Source: a virus (taxonomy: Duplodnaviria > Heunggongvirae > Uroviricota > Caudoviricetes). Taken from it: a stretch of 20,975 nucleotides of DNA. The DNA lies in the IMG/VR virus record IMGVR_UViG_2728369187_000006, positions 1 through 20,975 of that record; one strand, written 5' to 3'. A program made the translations under genes and the position numbers. The notes below the pieces were generated by a model that was not told where the DNA came from, did not search any database, and worked only from the letters and a program-made list of their open reading frames with translations. Of this stretch, positions 8,750 to 16,724 are shown one piece after another (position 1 is the first letter of the stretch; every line of letters begins with the position of its first letter).

Positions 8750-9106
8750 CTAGAGGGCTTCGCCTAACAATAATAGAATACCTGATATAAACCCTATAGC
8801 TCCCTGAAGCTCTTTTCTAATTGCTCCATCAGAGCATTTTCTTTTCTTAGCAATGGTGCGTAATGAGATACCAATCACAAAATGAGCAATGATCAGCTCA
8901 TATTCTTCTGGTTTATACTTCCGCAGGCGGGCGACACAGCCATCAATCATGATGCCTTCATCATCATCGCACTGAATCCGGGACTTTCTGCCATGAGGTA
9001 AAAGCCCCTTGAAGCCAGCGGCTACCGGTTGCCAATCCACACCACTGTTCTCTGCCGCAGCCCACGCTCCCCAACGGTCTAATACTTCATACATATCACA
9101 CATCAA
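8750..9106 (-). CDS. Late-gene antiterminator Q-like protein
   Basis: 118 aa with the VLDRWGAWAA...WQPVAAGFKGLL...RIQCDDDEG motif recalled from the prophage antiterminator-Q family. Sits at the expected position after the nin-like region. Confidence 0.7.
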   Translation of the reverse strand: MMCDMYEVLDRWGAWAAAENSGVDWQPVAAGFKGLLPHGRKSRIQCDDDEGIMIDGCVARLRKYKPEEYELIIAHFVIGISLRTIAKKRKCSDGAIRKELQGAIGFISGILLLLGEAL

Positions 9107-9120
9107 CTTTCTCCACCAAA

Positions 9121-10116
9121 TCAGGCTAGCACACCAATTGCCAACGCACGGTCGATAAAACGAAATATCAGCTCCAGCTGGGAGCCATACTTCTCTTCAA
9201 ATGCCACGGTATCCGCATGCAGCTCGTCGTGATGCTTTCTGCACAAAGGCAACACAAAGAGGTCATGCGCTTTTGTACCCATTCCACCCTGACCGTGGCC
9301 TATCAGGTGGTGGGGATCATCAGCAGGTTTTCCACAACATGCGCACGGCTGCGTCTTAACCCAGCGCGTGTACTTTTCATTAACCCAGCGGCGACGTTTT
9401 GGGCGTAACATAAAAGACTCCGGCGACTCCGGATCCACTTTCAGCGCCAGCACCTTTTTCGCCTTATCCTGGATGATGCTGGTGGCAGGAACCGAAGGCA
9501 CCAGGTCACTTTCCCGGGTGACAGATGGCACAACAGGCTTCGGTAATCTCAGTGCCTTACGGGCTGCACTTTCCGGTAAGGCATCCGCCAGATCATTACG
9601 AACCAGCCACCAGCACAGTTCCGGCATTGTCACAACGTGACTATCATCAAAACCGAGATCCCGACGCACAACAGACAACACCCAGCGGGCACAGTTATCC
9701 GTTGCCATTGATTCCAGCCGTTCCGTGAACTGATCGCGCAGCTGGTTATCACAGTGCCAGCACAGACGGATTGCGCCCGGAGCGTGTCGCATTGTGGTAA
9801 TGTTCTCGCTGTGCCAGTCGGAATGAGGCCACTGACAGCCCTTTTCACGAAGTAACCAGCTTTCAAGACATTCCACGCCACCAGCACGACGGATCACTGC
9901 CTCATTGCGGAACACGGCCCGAACGGCAGGATCATCCACCAGCGGTTGTGATGCCGCCGGAACTGCACCACTGGCGAAAGATGAATAACGTTCCGGCTCA
10001 GGCTCCAGCAGGACACGCCCCTGCATAAACAGGGGCATCAACTCTGAACCTGGCCTGAACAATACGATCCCCATACGCGGGGCAACTTCAGGGGTCAGTA
10101 GTGCTCTCACGGTCAC
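9121..10116 (-). CDS. DUF968-family protein (YdfU-like), C-terminal Cys/His-rich putative nuclease-like domain
   Basis: 331 aa with C-terminal CACCGK...HHLIGHGQGG...CRKHHDELH. Resembles DUF968 proteins of E. coli lambdoid prophages from memory. Confidence 0.7.
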   Translation of the reverse strand: MTVRALLTPEVAPRMGIVLFRPGSELMPLFMQGRVLLEPEPERYSSFASGAVPAASQPLVDDPAVRAVFRNEAVIRRAGGVECLESWLLREKGCQWPHSDWHSENITTMRHAPGAIRLCWHCDNQLRDQFTERLESMATDNCARWVLSVVRRDLGFDDSHVVTMPELCWWLVRNDLADALPESAARKALRLPKPVVPSVTRESDLVPSVPATSIIQDKAKKVLALKVDPESPESFMLRPKRRRWVNEKYTRWVKTQPCACCGKPADDPHHLIGHGQGGMGTKAHDLFVLPLCRKHHDELHADTVAFEEKYGSQLELIFRFIDRALAIGVLA

Positions 10117-10117
10117 C

Positions 10118-10927
10118 TCAATGAACGGTATCGAGCAGCTTTAACAGCTCAGGGAATCGGGATTCGAAGAAATGCGGCTGCGTCTCGCGCGGATTTGCGG
10201 GACTGGTGATATTCTTGCCGAACATGCAGCCTTTCGCTGTCAGCGACCAGAATTTTTTGATGTTGTTAATCGCGGTACGGCTGTATCGTTCGCGCTGCTC
10301 GACGATCCCCAGCTTCACCATCTGGTGATATGCCTGATTAGCTGTCAGGCGGATACCATACTGCTTCAGCAGTGCACTCAGTGACAGCGTGGGGCGGCTT
10401 GAGCCATCAGGCGCGTCAGCAGGAGCATCAATGGCATAGCGCGGTGCCAGATTCGGTAAGCCAACAGCCTCCTGGAGTTTCTGACAGGCACCAAGCACTG
10501 AAGAGTTAGACAGGTTTAATTCCCGGCGCATAAAGTCCAGCAGAATCACACCAGCCTGCATCTTGTCAGCAGCCTGTCCGGATAATTTTTCCGGTGCGCT
10601 GGTTACCATGTCGAAAGTACGGATCACCTTCAGATGGAATGACGGGCTGATCCACATTGCATAGGCATACACCAGTTCTTTGCAGACATACGTCCCCTGG
10701 TTATTTCCGCCATTAATGACGCTAACTTGTTGATTTTGTTCCAGAGGCGGAATTCCACCCTCGGTGAAAAGTTGTTCAATCAATTCACAGGTTTGCTTAT
10801 TGGAGAGCCAGTATTTCGGGCGGTTTTTTTGTTCTCCCCCGGCTGCCCTGTGCAGATCGTTCAGGCTGTAACGCCCATAAGCATCACGACGAACTTCAAT
10901 ACCATCAATGACCATCAGATTATTCAT
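10118..10927 (-). CDS. KilA-N domain protein (putative antirepressor-like)
   Basis: N-terminus (MNNLMVIDGIEVRRDAYGRYSLNDLHRAAGGEQKNRPKYWL) matches the KilA-N domain pattern; 269 aa. Confidence 0.75.
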   Translation of the reverse strand: MNNLMVIDGIEVRRDAYGRYSLNDLHRAAGGEQKNRPKYWLSNKQTCELIEQLFTEGGIPPLEQNQQVSVINGGNNQGTYVCKELVYAYAMWISPSFHLKVIRTFDMVTSAPEKLSGQAADKMQAGVILLDFMRRELNLSNSSVLGACQKLQEAVGLPNLAPRYAIDAPADAPDGSSRPTLSLSALLKQYGIRLTANQAYHQMVKLGIVEQRERYSRTAINNIKKFWSLTAKGCMFGKNITSPANPRETQPHFFESRFPELLKLLDTVH

Positions 10928-10946
10928 ACTTCGTTTCTCCTCTTAA

Positions 10947-11336
10947 TCAGGCGGCTGCACCCGCCGTTTTCTCGTACTTACTGATAGTGATCTCGACCTT
11001 CCCTCCCGGGATAACCGGTCCCCACTCCACCAGCATTCTTTTCACCTGACTGTCGTCTTCCCACACACCCGCGTGGGTCAGGGCGTCAAACAGCGCCTTG
11101 TTATAGTTGTCCAGATCGCGGATCCGGTTATCCGGAGGAAACAACACGATCTCCACTGAAGCAGGTGCCGACGTTGGTTTCGGCAGACGACGTAACTGCT
11201 CAACTATTGCTGCGCACGCCGCGCTCTGGAATTTTCGCCCCGCCGCGCTTATCAGACTCTTACCAGCAAACGCCCCTTTGTTGGGGTGTCGCCAGTACGT
11301 GTTCACGCTGGGCGGGAAAGGCAAGATCAGCTTCAT
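10947..11336 (-). CDS. rusA: Holliday junction resolvase RusA
   Basis: 129 aa, MKLILPFPPSVNTYWR...DLDNYNKALFDALTHAGVWEDDSQV is the RusA signature; typical nin-region gene. Confidence 0.88.
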   Translation of the reverse strand: MKLILPFPPSVNTYWRHPNKGAFAGKSLISAAGRKFQSAACAAIVEQLRRLPKPTSAPASVEIVLFPPDNRIRDLDNYNKALFDALTHAGVWEDDSQVKRMLVEWGPVIPGGKVEITISKYEKTAGAAA

Positions 11337-11659
11337 ACTTTCAGGCCTCTCTCATGTAACCAGTGGGCTGCACGCAGCCTGGCGTTTTCCTCACCGGCAA
11401 GCAGTGCGCGGATAATCCCGACCGCCTCGCTGTCGTCGTCCTTCACCGCGGTATGAAGCGTTATCCCCCGGGCCACGCCACGCTTTATCGTGATGACGCC
11501 TTTTTTCTCCAGTGCACGAAGATGCTCTACCGCTGCATTCACTGAACGGTATCCCAGCATGGTTGCCACCTCCTGATTGGTTGGCGGAAAGCCACGCTCT
11601 TTCTGGTAAGAAATCAGCATATCCAGCACCTGCTGCTGGCATTGAGTTAACGTCGTCAT
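11333..11659 (-). CDS. LexA DNA-binding-domain-like protein lacking the S24 peptidase domain
   Basis: Start taken at the internal ATG 11659..11657, which overlaps the upstream TGA as ATGA. LTQCQQQVLDMLISYQKERGFPPTNQEVATMLGYRSVNAAVEHLRALEKKGVI resembles the LexA N-terminal winged helix. Only about 108 aa, with no Ala-Gly/Ser/Lys protease module. Confidence 0.65.
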   Translation of the reverse strand: MTTLTQCQQQVLDMLISYQKERGFPPTNQEVATMLGYRSVNAAVEHLRALEKKGVITIKRGVARGITLHTAVKDDDSEAVGIIRALLAGEENARLRAAHWLHERGLKV

Positions 11660-12309
11660 GCCGCCATCTCCCTGACCAGTTTTTCCGCCTGCTGGCAAAC
11701 CTGCACCAGAAAGGCTTCACCACATGCCTCAAGTTCATCGCGCCCGATGTAGCTGATTGCCGGTCCCTTCCAGGTCTTGTCGAAAACAGCAATAGCACCA
11801 GCGAAGAAAGCGCCTGTCGGCACCTGCTTCTCATCCTTCGGGATAAACCAGGCAGGCAGTTCAAAACCAATACGCCCGCGAATAAAAGCAATATGGTCCG
11901 CATCTTCCGGCCACCACACTTCGCTGGTGGCAGCTTTGATCAGGAAAACATAGCGCCCGCCCTTATCACGCATGGCACTGGCATGTTTCATGATGTAACG
12001 CATGCCGGTGATGTATTGCCCCTCATGCTGACTGGCGCGGCTGTATGGGGGATTACCAAAGGCAGCACCTTTAAGCTCCGCAAGACGTTCTGACCAGTCA
12101 TGCGCCAGCGCGTTATCTTCCGCCGTGTAATACGCGGCACATTTGGCGTTATCACCGTCAGTAAACAGATCCAGAACAAACGGGCCAAACAGGGTGTTAA
12201 TTCCCCAGAAAATGTTGTCCGGCGTGCGCCACTGATCGCCCACTTCCTTCAGTTCATGGGCTGGTTTGTTCCGCAGTTCCACCAGCGCCTGGCAATATTT
12301 ATTACTCAT
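11656..12309 (-). CDS. Phage N6-adenine DNA methyltransferase (Dam-like)
   Basis: NPPY motif (AAFGNPPYSRA) and overall resemblance to phage Dam MTases. Start at ATG 12309..12307 overlaps the upstream stop (TAATG); the ORF-track start at 12342 is less likely. Confidence 0.8.
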   Translation of the reverse strand: MSNKYCQALVELRNKPAHELKEVGDQWRTPDNIFWGINTLFGPFVLDLFTDGDNAKCAAYYTAEDNALAHDWSERLAELKGAAFGNPPYSRASQHEGQYITGMRYIMKHASAMRDKGGRYVFLIKAATSEVWWPEDADHIAFIRGRIGFELPAWFIPKDEKQVPTGAFFAGAIAVFDKTWKGPAISYIGRDELEACGEAFLVQVCQQAEKLVREMAA

Positions 12310-12803
12310 TAAGCCCCCACGTAATTCCCTGACAGATACCACTCTTCACCCGATGCAGCGCGCTTGCTGCTTTTCCGTAAGCACCGCTCACGACGCGCCA
12401 GAAAATTGTTTCGTTCTGGCTGGGAGTGGCTTTCACGGAATGCCGCCATCCACACGGTTGCAGCACGACGGTATAAGCCCCTGGACTCCAGTTCTTCAGC
12501 CTGGCGGGTCAGGCACAAAATCACCCGGTGATCGTTAGTGCCGACATAGAAATTGCGCACAGGTCTGGTTTCACGAACTGGTTGTGGTTCCGGCTCCTGC
12601 GCTCTCTCAGTCAGGCGCGGGAAATGTCTGCGTGTATCCCCTTCACAACGGTGAGCCACACGCCCACTCTGACGTAACTTGCTTGCTGACTGCAGAACGC
12701 GCTGCCGTGAGTAACCTGCAAAAGCATCCGCAATGTCTCCGGAAGTACACCCCGGATGGGCTTCAATGAATTTCTGAACGTCATTTAACAGACTCATGAT
12801 CAC
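12309..12803 (-). CDS. Hypothetical regulator with PerC-like C-terminal motif
   Basis: 164 aa. C-terminal AEELESRGLYRRAATVWMAAF...RRERCLRK resembles PerC-family activators from memory. Occupies the slot where lambda has the helicase loader P. ATGA overlap with the upstream initiator gene. Confidence 0.5.
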   Translation of the reverse strand: MIMSLLNDVQKFIEAHPGCTSGDIADAFAGYSRQRVLQSASKLRQSGRVAHRCEGDTRRHFPRLTERAQEPEPQPVRETRPVRNFYVGTNDHRVILCLTRQAEELESRGLYRRAATVWMAAFRESHSQPERNNFLARRERCLRKSSKRAASGEEWYLSGNYVGA

Positions 12804-13741
12804 CCCCTGAATCCTGCCGGGATCTGGCTGTAGTCCACGTTGTCGTAACTGGATTTGAAGTACGGGTCTTCGCGTTTTTCGGTGTACGTGCTTACGGACG
12901 GCGATAAGCGCAGGGAAAGCTCATCCCATTTTTCCCGCAGCTTCGACGGGCTGAGCACGTTACGGCACCAGAACGGATCGCGGCTGACGCGGCTGTACAT
13001 CTCGCAGATTTGTTTGTGAGTACGACCATCCTGCACACACATCAGGCGAATTTCGTTTGCCCAGGCTGTCCAGTTCGGTTCTTTGGGACGAACCACCTCG
13101 CCGTCACATTCGGCAGCCTGCTCGTACAGGGCGATGATTTTTTTCCAGAGCCACTGTGCGCAGGTCAAATCATCCTGCGTTCCCCACTGGCGCTTTTTAG
13201 GGCTGAATACAACCGCATCAGGATGGCGAGTTAAAAAATCCTGTTCAGCCGTCTGCGTGTCCGGTTGCGAAGCGTCCGGACGAGAAGGTTTTTTATCTGA
13301 CGGATCATGTTTTGATTTTACTGACGGATCCCCGCCAGATTCTGACGGGTGAAAACCCGCTTTTTTGCCAGATTTCGACGCATCAAATTTTGACGGGTCA
13401 GATTTTGATGCGTCAGATTTTGACGGGTCAGAATCTGACAGTTGAGAAAATGCCGCTGCCTGAAGCTTCACAACGTTAAGCTGATAAACATTCGACGCAT
13501 TGCGGTTACCCTGGCGACGCGCCTTACGCGTTAACCAGCCTTCTGCTTCCAGCCGTGCGATAGCCGTTCTGACGGTACTCATCCCCGCGCCAATCTGACG
13601 GGCAATGGTTTCAATTGATGGCCAGCACACACCTTCGTCATTACTGAAATCAGCCAGGCGGGCCATAATTGCCACGCTGGATAATTTCATGCCTGACGCT
13701 GCGCAACCATCCCATACATAGCCGGTTAATTTAGTGCTCAT
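12800..13741 (-). CDS. Replication initiator protein (O-like; N-terminal HTH, internal iteron-encoded linker)
   Basis: 313 aa. N-terminal winged-helix-like segment (VAIMARLADFSNDEGVCWPSIETIARQIGAGMSTVRTAIARLEAEGWL). Central repetitive linker (DPSKSDASKSDPSKFDASKS) is encoded by the iteron repeats, as in lambda O. Confidence 0.75.
   Translation of the reverse strand: MSTKLTGYVWDGCAASGMKLSSVAIMARLADFSNDEGVCWPSIETIARQIGAGMSTVRTAIARLEAEGWLTRKARRQGNRNASNVYQLNVVKLQAAAFSQLSDSDPSKSDASKSDPSKFDASKSGKKAGFHPSESGGDPSVKSKHDPSDKKPSRPDASQPDTQTAEQDFLTRHPDAVVFSPKKRQWGTQDDLTCAQWLWKKIIALYEQAAECDGEVVRPKEPNWTAWANEIRLMCVQDGRTHKQICEMYSRVSRDPFWCRNVLSPSKLREKWDELSLRLSPSVSTYTEKREDPYFKSSYDNVDYSQIPAGFRG
13290..13440. repeat. 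Iteron-like direct repeats (candidate phage origin) inside the initiator gene
   Basis: About eight copies of a (T/A)YTGACGG-like unit at 14-24 bp spacing (for example tctgacgg at 13296, 13341; tttgacgg at 13389, 13419), read directly. Confidence 0.65.
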
Positions 13742-13750
13742 GACCGACCT

Positions 13751-14089
13751 CTATTTCCCTGAATTTACGACGAAACTGTTCGAGCGGACTGAAGCACTCA
13801 TGCTCATAGCCTTCGCGGAGGTAGATAACCCGTTGTGTTTCCGGTTCCCAACGAATGACTCTGACGGGCACTCCGTAGTGATCTTTGAACCAGCGGTTAA
13901 CTTGTCGCAAAGGACTGTCTCCTTCTGCCGGTTGAAATCACCCACAGCCCACTCTGCAAAGCTGTGGGTTACAATTTCCCTGTCACCTGGTACATTTACT
14001 GCATAGCAATACTCCACCTTCGCTTTTCCACCCGGTACAGGAAGCGCAATCAGTTGCGAGCGACGGTAGTGTGTTGTTAAACTGTTCAT
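13751..14089 (-). CDS. Hypothetical protein, apparently frame-disrupted, or two small overlapping genes
   Basis: The 112-aa ORF is protein-like for its first ~55 aa, then turns Ser-rich and low-complexity. Another frame over 13746..13931 reads as a convincing protein ([59 protein letters not shown]), with AAGGAG 8 nt before an in-frame TTG. An 8-bp hairpin (13941..13968) sits at the junction. Confidence 0.35.
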   Translation of the reverse strand: MNSLTTHYRRSQLIALPVPGGKAKVEYCYAVNVPGDREIVTHSFAEWAVGDFNRQKETVLCDKLTAGSKITTECPSESFVGNRKHNGLSTSAKAMSMSASVRSNSFVVNSGK

Positions 14090-14649
14090 GCGTTAGTTTC
14101 TCCACAGTCACGACACGCCACGGCGCCCGGAGCTGCACACTCGCGGGCGTCATTACTTTCTGAAATGCAAAAGATTTTGTAGACCAGTGCTGCATGCTCC
14201 TGCAGCTTCGAAATTGAGAGATATAGCTCGTCGTTAATTGCTGTTTTCTCATGCGGTTCCACTACACCGTCTTCGATTGCTGAACGAATCTGTTTTGAAT
14301 AACTGCCGATCTGTTCAATGACTTCCAGCAGACGCTGGTTAATATCGGCGTTGTCCACATCCTCGACGTCAGGAAGAGACACAAATACGCCATTTGCAGA
14401 CTGCGCCACAGCATCAGCAATGAAGTGAGTGCCACCAGCACGCTGTAAAACCATTGCCCATCCCAGCGGAAAAATCTGATCGCCATCTGCACGAAGGCGG
14501 TTGAATAAAGCGTTCTCTGTTACATCCAGCCAGTCAGCCGCTTCAGCGTAACCACCCGGCAACGCCGCGATAGTTTTTCTGACAGCTTTCACGTACCACT
14601 CAGGCTGTTTTTCTATTTTCCAGTGATGCTTACCCACGATTAGCCTCAT
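14086..14649 (-). CDS. CII-like / YdaT-like phage regulatory protein
   Basis: 187-aa ORF directly downstream of the cro-like gene, as in cI-cro-cII and racR-ydaS-ydaT arrangements. Family assignment is from memory and position only. Confidence 0.6.
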   Translation of the reverse strand: MRLIVGKHHWKIEKQPEWYVKAVRKTIAALPGGYAEAADWLDVTENALFNRLRADGDQIFPLGWAMVLQRAGGTHFIADAVAQSANGVFVSLPDVEDVDNADINQRLLEVIEQIGSYSKQIRSAIEDGVVEPHEKTAINDELYLSISKLQEHAALVYKIFCISESNDARECAAPGAVACRDCGETNA

Positions 14650-14680
14650 CGTTCTGTGGTTAAAAATTGAAAGTGTTCTG

Positions 14681-14881
14681 CTAATCTTTCGGATAGATAT
14701 CCGGTCTTAAGTCAGATTTCGTAATTGCACCTGACGTGCATTGCTCAAGTTTTTTAGCCAGCACAAAACTGGCTTTTTTATAGCCATTGAAAACCAGCCG
14801 TAAGTAGCCAGGTGTTGAGCCAACTTTTCCGGCCAACTCGCCCTGCTGTTCTTTGGTTAAAGAGTCCCAATACGCTTTCAT
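14681..14881 (-). CDS. cro: Cro-like HTH repressor
   Basis: Small HTH protein (QGELAGKVGSTPGYLRLVFNGYKKAS) divergent from cI. Start at ATG 14881 is preferred because GGAGG lies 8 nt upstream; the ORF-track start at 14905 lacks an RBS. Confidence 0.75.
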   Translation of the reverse strand: MKAYWDSLTKEQQGELAGKVGSTPGYLRLVFNGYKKASFVLAKKLEQCTSGAITKSDLRPDIYPKD

Positions 14882-14971
14882 ACAATATGTACCTCCGGTG
14901 TACATATTACATGATTAAAATGAACCTTCAAGATACTTGTACCTTAACGGTACAAGGGTTTTAATTTCGTT
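14882..14971. promoter_or_regulatory. Immunity control region (OR-like): two palindromic operators plus divergent pR-like and pRM-like promoters
   Basis: Palindromes ATGTACCTCCGGTGTACAT (14887..14905) and CTTGTACCTTAACGGTACAAG (14936..14956). Minus-strand TTGAAG-N16-TAATAT upstream of cro; plus-strand TTGTAC-N17-TTAATT ending 5 nt before the cI ATG (near-leaderless). Confidence 0.65.
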
Positions 14972-15646
14972 ATGAAAACAATCCATGACATCCGGCGGTC
15001 TAACGCCAGAAAACTGAGAGATGGTGTTGGCGGGAATTCTTCCTTTGCCACTATGATTGATCGCGAGCCAACCCAGACCAGCAGGTTTATGGGAGATGGT
15101 GCTACTAAAAATATCGGTGACAGCATGGCACGACACATCGAAAAATGTTTCGACCTGCCTGTCGGATGGCTCGATCAAGAACACCAGACAACCAACATCA
15201 CAAAAAAACCTGATGTTTCAATCACTAATAAACAAATCACATTAGTCCCTGTCATATCATGGGTACAGGCCGGAGCATGGAAAGAAGTTGGATATTCTGA
15301 GGTTGATTTGAGCACAGCAGAAACGTATCCCTGCCCTGTACCCTGTGGGGAAATGACTTATATCTTGCGGGTGATAGGTGATTCAATGATTGATGAGTAC
15401 CGCCCGGGAGACATGATTTTTGTCGATCCTGAAGTACCTGCCTGCCACGGTGACGACGTTATTGCATTGATGCACGATACAGGTGAAACCACCTTCAAAA
15501 GGTTGATAGAAGATGGGACACAGCGTTATCTCAAAGCGTTAAACCCAAACTGGCCTGAGCCTTACATTAAGATCAACGGTAATTGCTCTATAATTGGAAC
15601 TGTGATTTTCTCAGGAAAACCAAGAAGATACAAAATCAAAGCCTAA
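14972..15646 (+). CDS. cI: cI-like repressor (N-terminal DNA-binding domain plus C-terminal S24 LexA-like autopeptidase)
   Basis: 224 aa. C-terminal S24 features: Ala-Gly cleavage-site candidate (WVQAGAWK), Ser nucleophile context (VIGDSM), downstream Lys. Divergent from the cro-like gene across the operator region. Confidence 0.85.
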   Translation: MKTIHDIRRSNARKLRDGVGGNSSFATMIDREPTQTSRFMGDGATKNIGDSMARHIEKCFDLPVGWLDQEHQTTNITKKPDVSITNKQITLVPVISWVQAGAWKEVGYSEVDLSTAETYPCPVPCGEMTYILRVIGDSMIDEYRPGDMIFVDPEVPACHGDDVIALMHDTGETTFKRLIEDGTQRYLKALNPNWPEPYIKINGNCSIIGTVIFSGKPRRYKIKA

Positions 15647-15658
15647 TCAATGTTTATG

Positions 15659-15682
15659 AACCTGCTTCGGCAGGTTTTTTTA
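15659..15682 (+). terminator. Rho-independent terminator after cI
   Basis: ACCTGC-TTCG-GCAGGT stem followed by a run of 6-7 T. Confidence 0.75.
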
Positions 15683-15685
15683 TAC

Positions 15686-15720
15686 TTGACAATGTACCCT
15701 TGAGATACATAATGTACCTA
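15686..15720 (+). promoter_or_regulatory. pL-like early-left promoter with overlapping operator repeats (OL-like)
   Basis: TTGACA (15686..15691), 16-17 nt spacer, CATAAT/ATAATG (15708..15714). AATGTACC repeats at 15691..15698 and 15711..15718 share the TGTACC half-site seen in the OR region. Confidence 0.65.
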
Positions 15721-15817
15721 AGAGAAACAACAAACAGGCAGGACGCCCACGAAGTAGCCGCCGGTGGCGTATGAATGACCGGATGATTCGTTAAATACTA
15801 TGTGTAAGAGAGCGCAA

Positions 15818-16021
15818 ATGAACCGTTATTTCACATGCTCGTTTTGTGGCGCAAACGAGCTGCAGGCAAAAAAAATCATCGCCAAAGGCGGAAAAGATGA
15901 AGTTGCTATCTGCTCTGAGTGCGTAGTCTTGTGTGTCGGGGCATTAATCAATATCAGCACAACTATTCAGTTCACACCAAATGAGAATGCGCCTTTAGAT
16001 GCGCGGAAATCTGGAGGTTAA
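15818..16021 (+). CDS. Small protein with ClpX-type C4 zinc-binding-domain-like motif
   Basis: MNRYFTCSFCGANELQAKKIIAKGGKDEVAICSECVVLCVGAL aligns by eye with the E. coli ClpX N-terminal ZBD ([31 protein letters not shown]), including all four Cys. AAGAGAG RBS upstream of ATG 15818. First gene downstream of the pL-like promoter. Confidence 0.65.
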   Translation: MNRYFTCSFCGANELQAKKIIAKGGKDEVAICSECVVLCVGALINISTTIQFTPNENAPLDARKSGG

Positions 16022-16029
16022 AGAACAAA

Positions 16030-16305
16030 ATGAAAGTCCAGATTTTAAACAATAGTGGTGAAGTCGTTTGGTCATACGACATAGCCGCTCCTGTAGATCA
16101 GAGCGGCGATAGCTGGACCAATGGGAAACATCAGATTATGGCTGGAGTTGTGTTCTCTTTACGCCGTGCTTTAGAACAGGCTGAAGTCTTTCCATCAGAC
16201 CCTGAATGGAAATGGCCTTTTTCTATTTGTCCAAATTCGGAGAGTACATTTCAGAAAATTGGTCAGAAAGTCGCACTCGAAGAGCATCAGCCAACTGTTT
16301 CCTGA
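16030..16305 (+). CDS. Hypothetical protein (early-left operon)
   Basis: 91-aa ORF with a strong GGAGG RBS 8 nt before the ATG. Its 3' end overlaps a convergent minus-strand ORF, so the true C-terminus is uncertain. Confidence 0.55.
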   Translation: MKVQILNNSGEVVWSYDIAAPVDQSGDSWTNGKHQIMAGVVFSLRRALEQAEVFPSDPEWKWPFSICPNSESTFQKIGQKVALEEHQPTVS

Positions 16306-16468
16306 TTTTTTCAGGTAACTCGTCGGCATCGCAGAAACAACAACGCTCGATCATGTTGAAAGCCGATTCGTAGAACTGTTTTTGCTGAGTGTCGCTGAGA
16401 CAGGAAAAGAGCGACGTTACGATGATTTTATTAATTGCATTATCAAGTTCTTTTTCATCAAAAGTCAT
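16223..16468 (-). CDS. Hypothetical small protein, convergent and overlapping the previous gene
   Basis: 81-aa ORF with AAGGAAAA RBS upstream of its ATG and a protein-like sequence including a CCFC motif. Conflicts over 83 nt with 16030..16305; one of the two may be mis-called. Confidence 0.4.
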   Translation of the reverse strand: MTFDEKELDNAINKIIVTSLFSCLSDTQQKQFYESAFNMIERCCFCDADELPEKIRKQLADALRVRLSDQFSEMYSPNLDK

Positions 16469-16724
16469 TTGATTTTCCTTTTATGTATACGGGCTTAAAA
16501 GGATACCACCGAGCCTGAAGTGGTGAAAAGACAGGCACATAACAGCTAAGTATTTTCAACCAGAGAGAATCCTTAGCGTTGTGGTGAATGCGGCTCAGCG
16601 CACGCGGGTTAAGGTTGAGGCTGACAGTCGACCTTCTGTGGATACCCACCCGCCTGGTGTGCAACCTTCGCCAGGCACCGGGAGGCACCCGGCACCACAA
16701 CTTTATGCTGTGTGTAGTCTTGGC

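Noticed and set aside
8741-8763. Imperfect hairpin GCGGAGCCC-TAGA-GGGCTTCGC between the convergent MTase and Q-like gene ends, considered as a bidirectional terminator
   Set aside because: No T-run follows on either strand, and the stem lies within the last codons of the Q-like gene. Insufficient for an intrinsic terminator call.
9217-9887. Several 60-90 aa ORFs on both strands within 9121..10116
   Set aside because: They overlap the DUF968-like gene in other frames and have no RBS or protein-like composition.
13290-13440. Tandem short repeats considered as a possible CRISPR array
   Set aside because: Repeat units are only about 8 bp with irregular 14-24 bp spacing and lie inside a coding frame. 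The pattern fits origin iterons, not CRISPR repeats and spacers.
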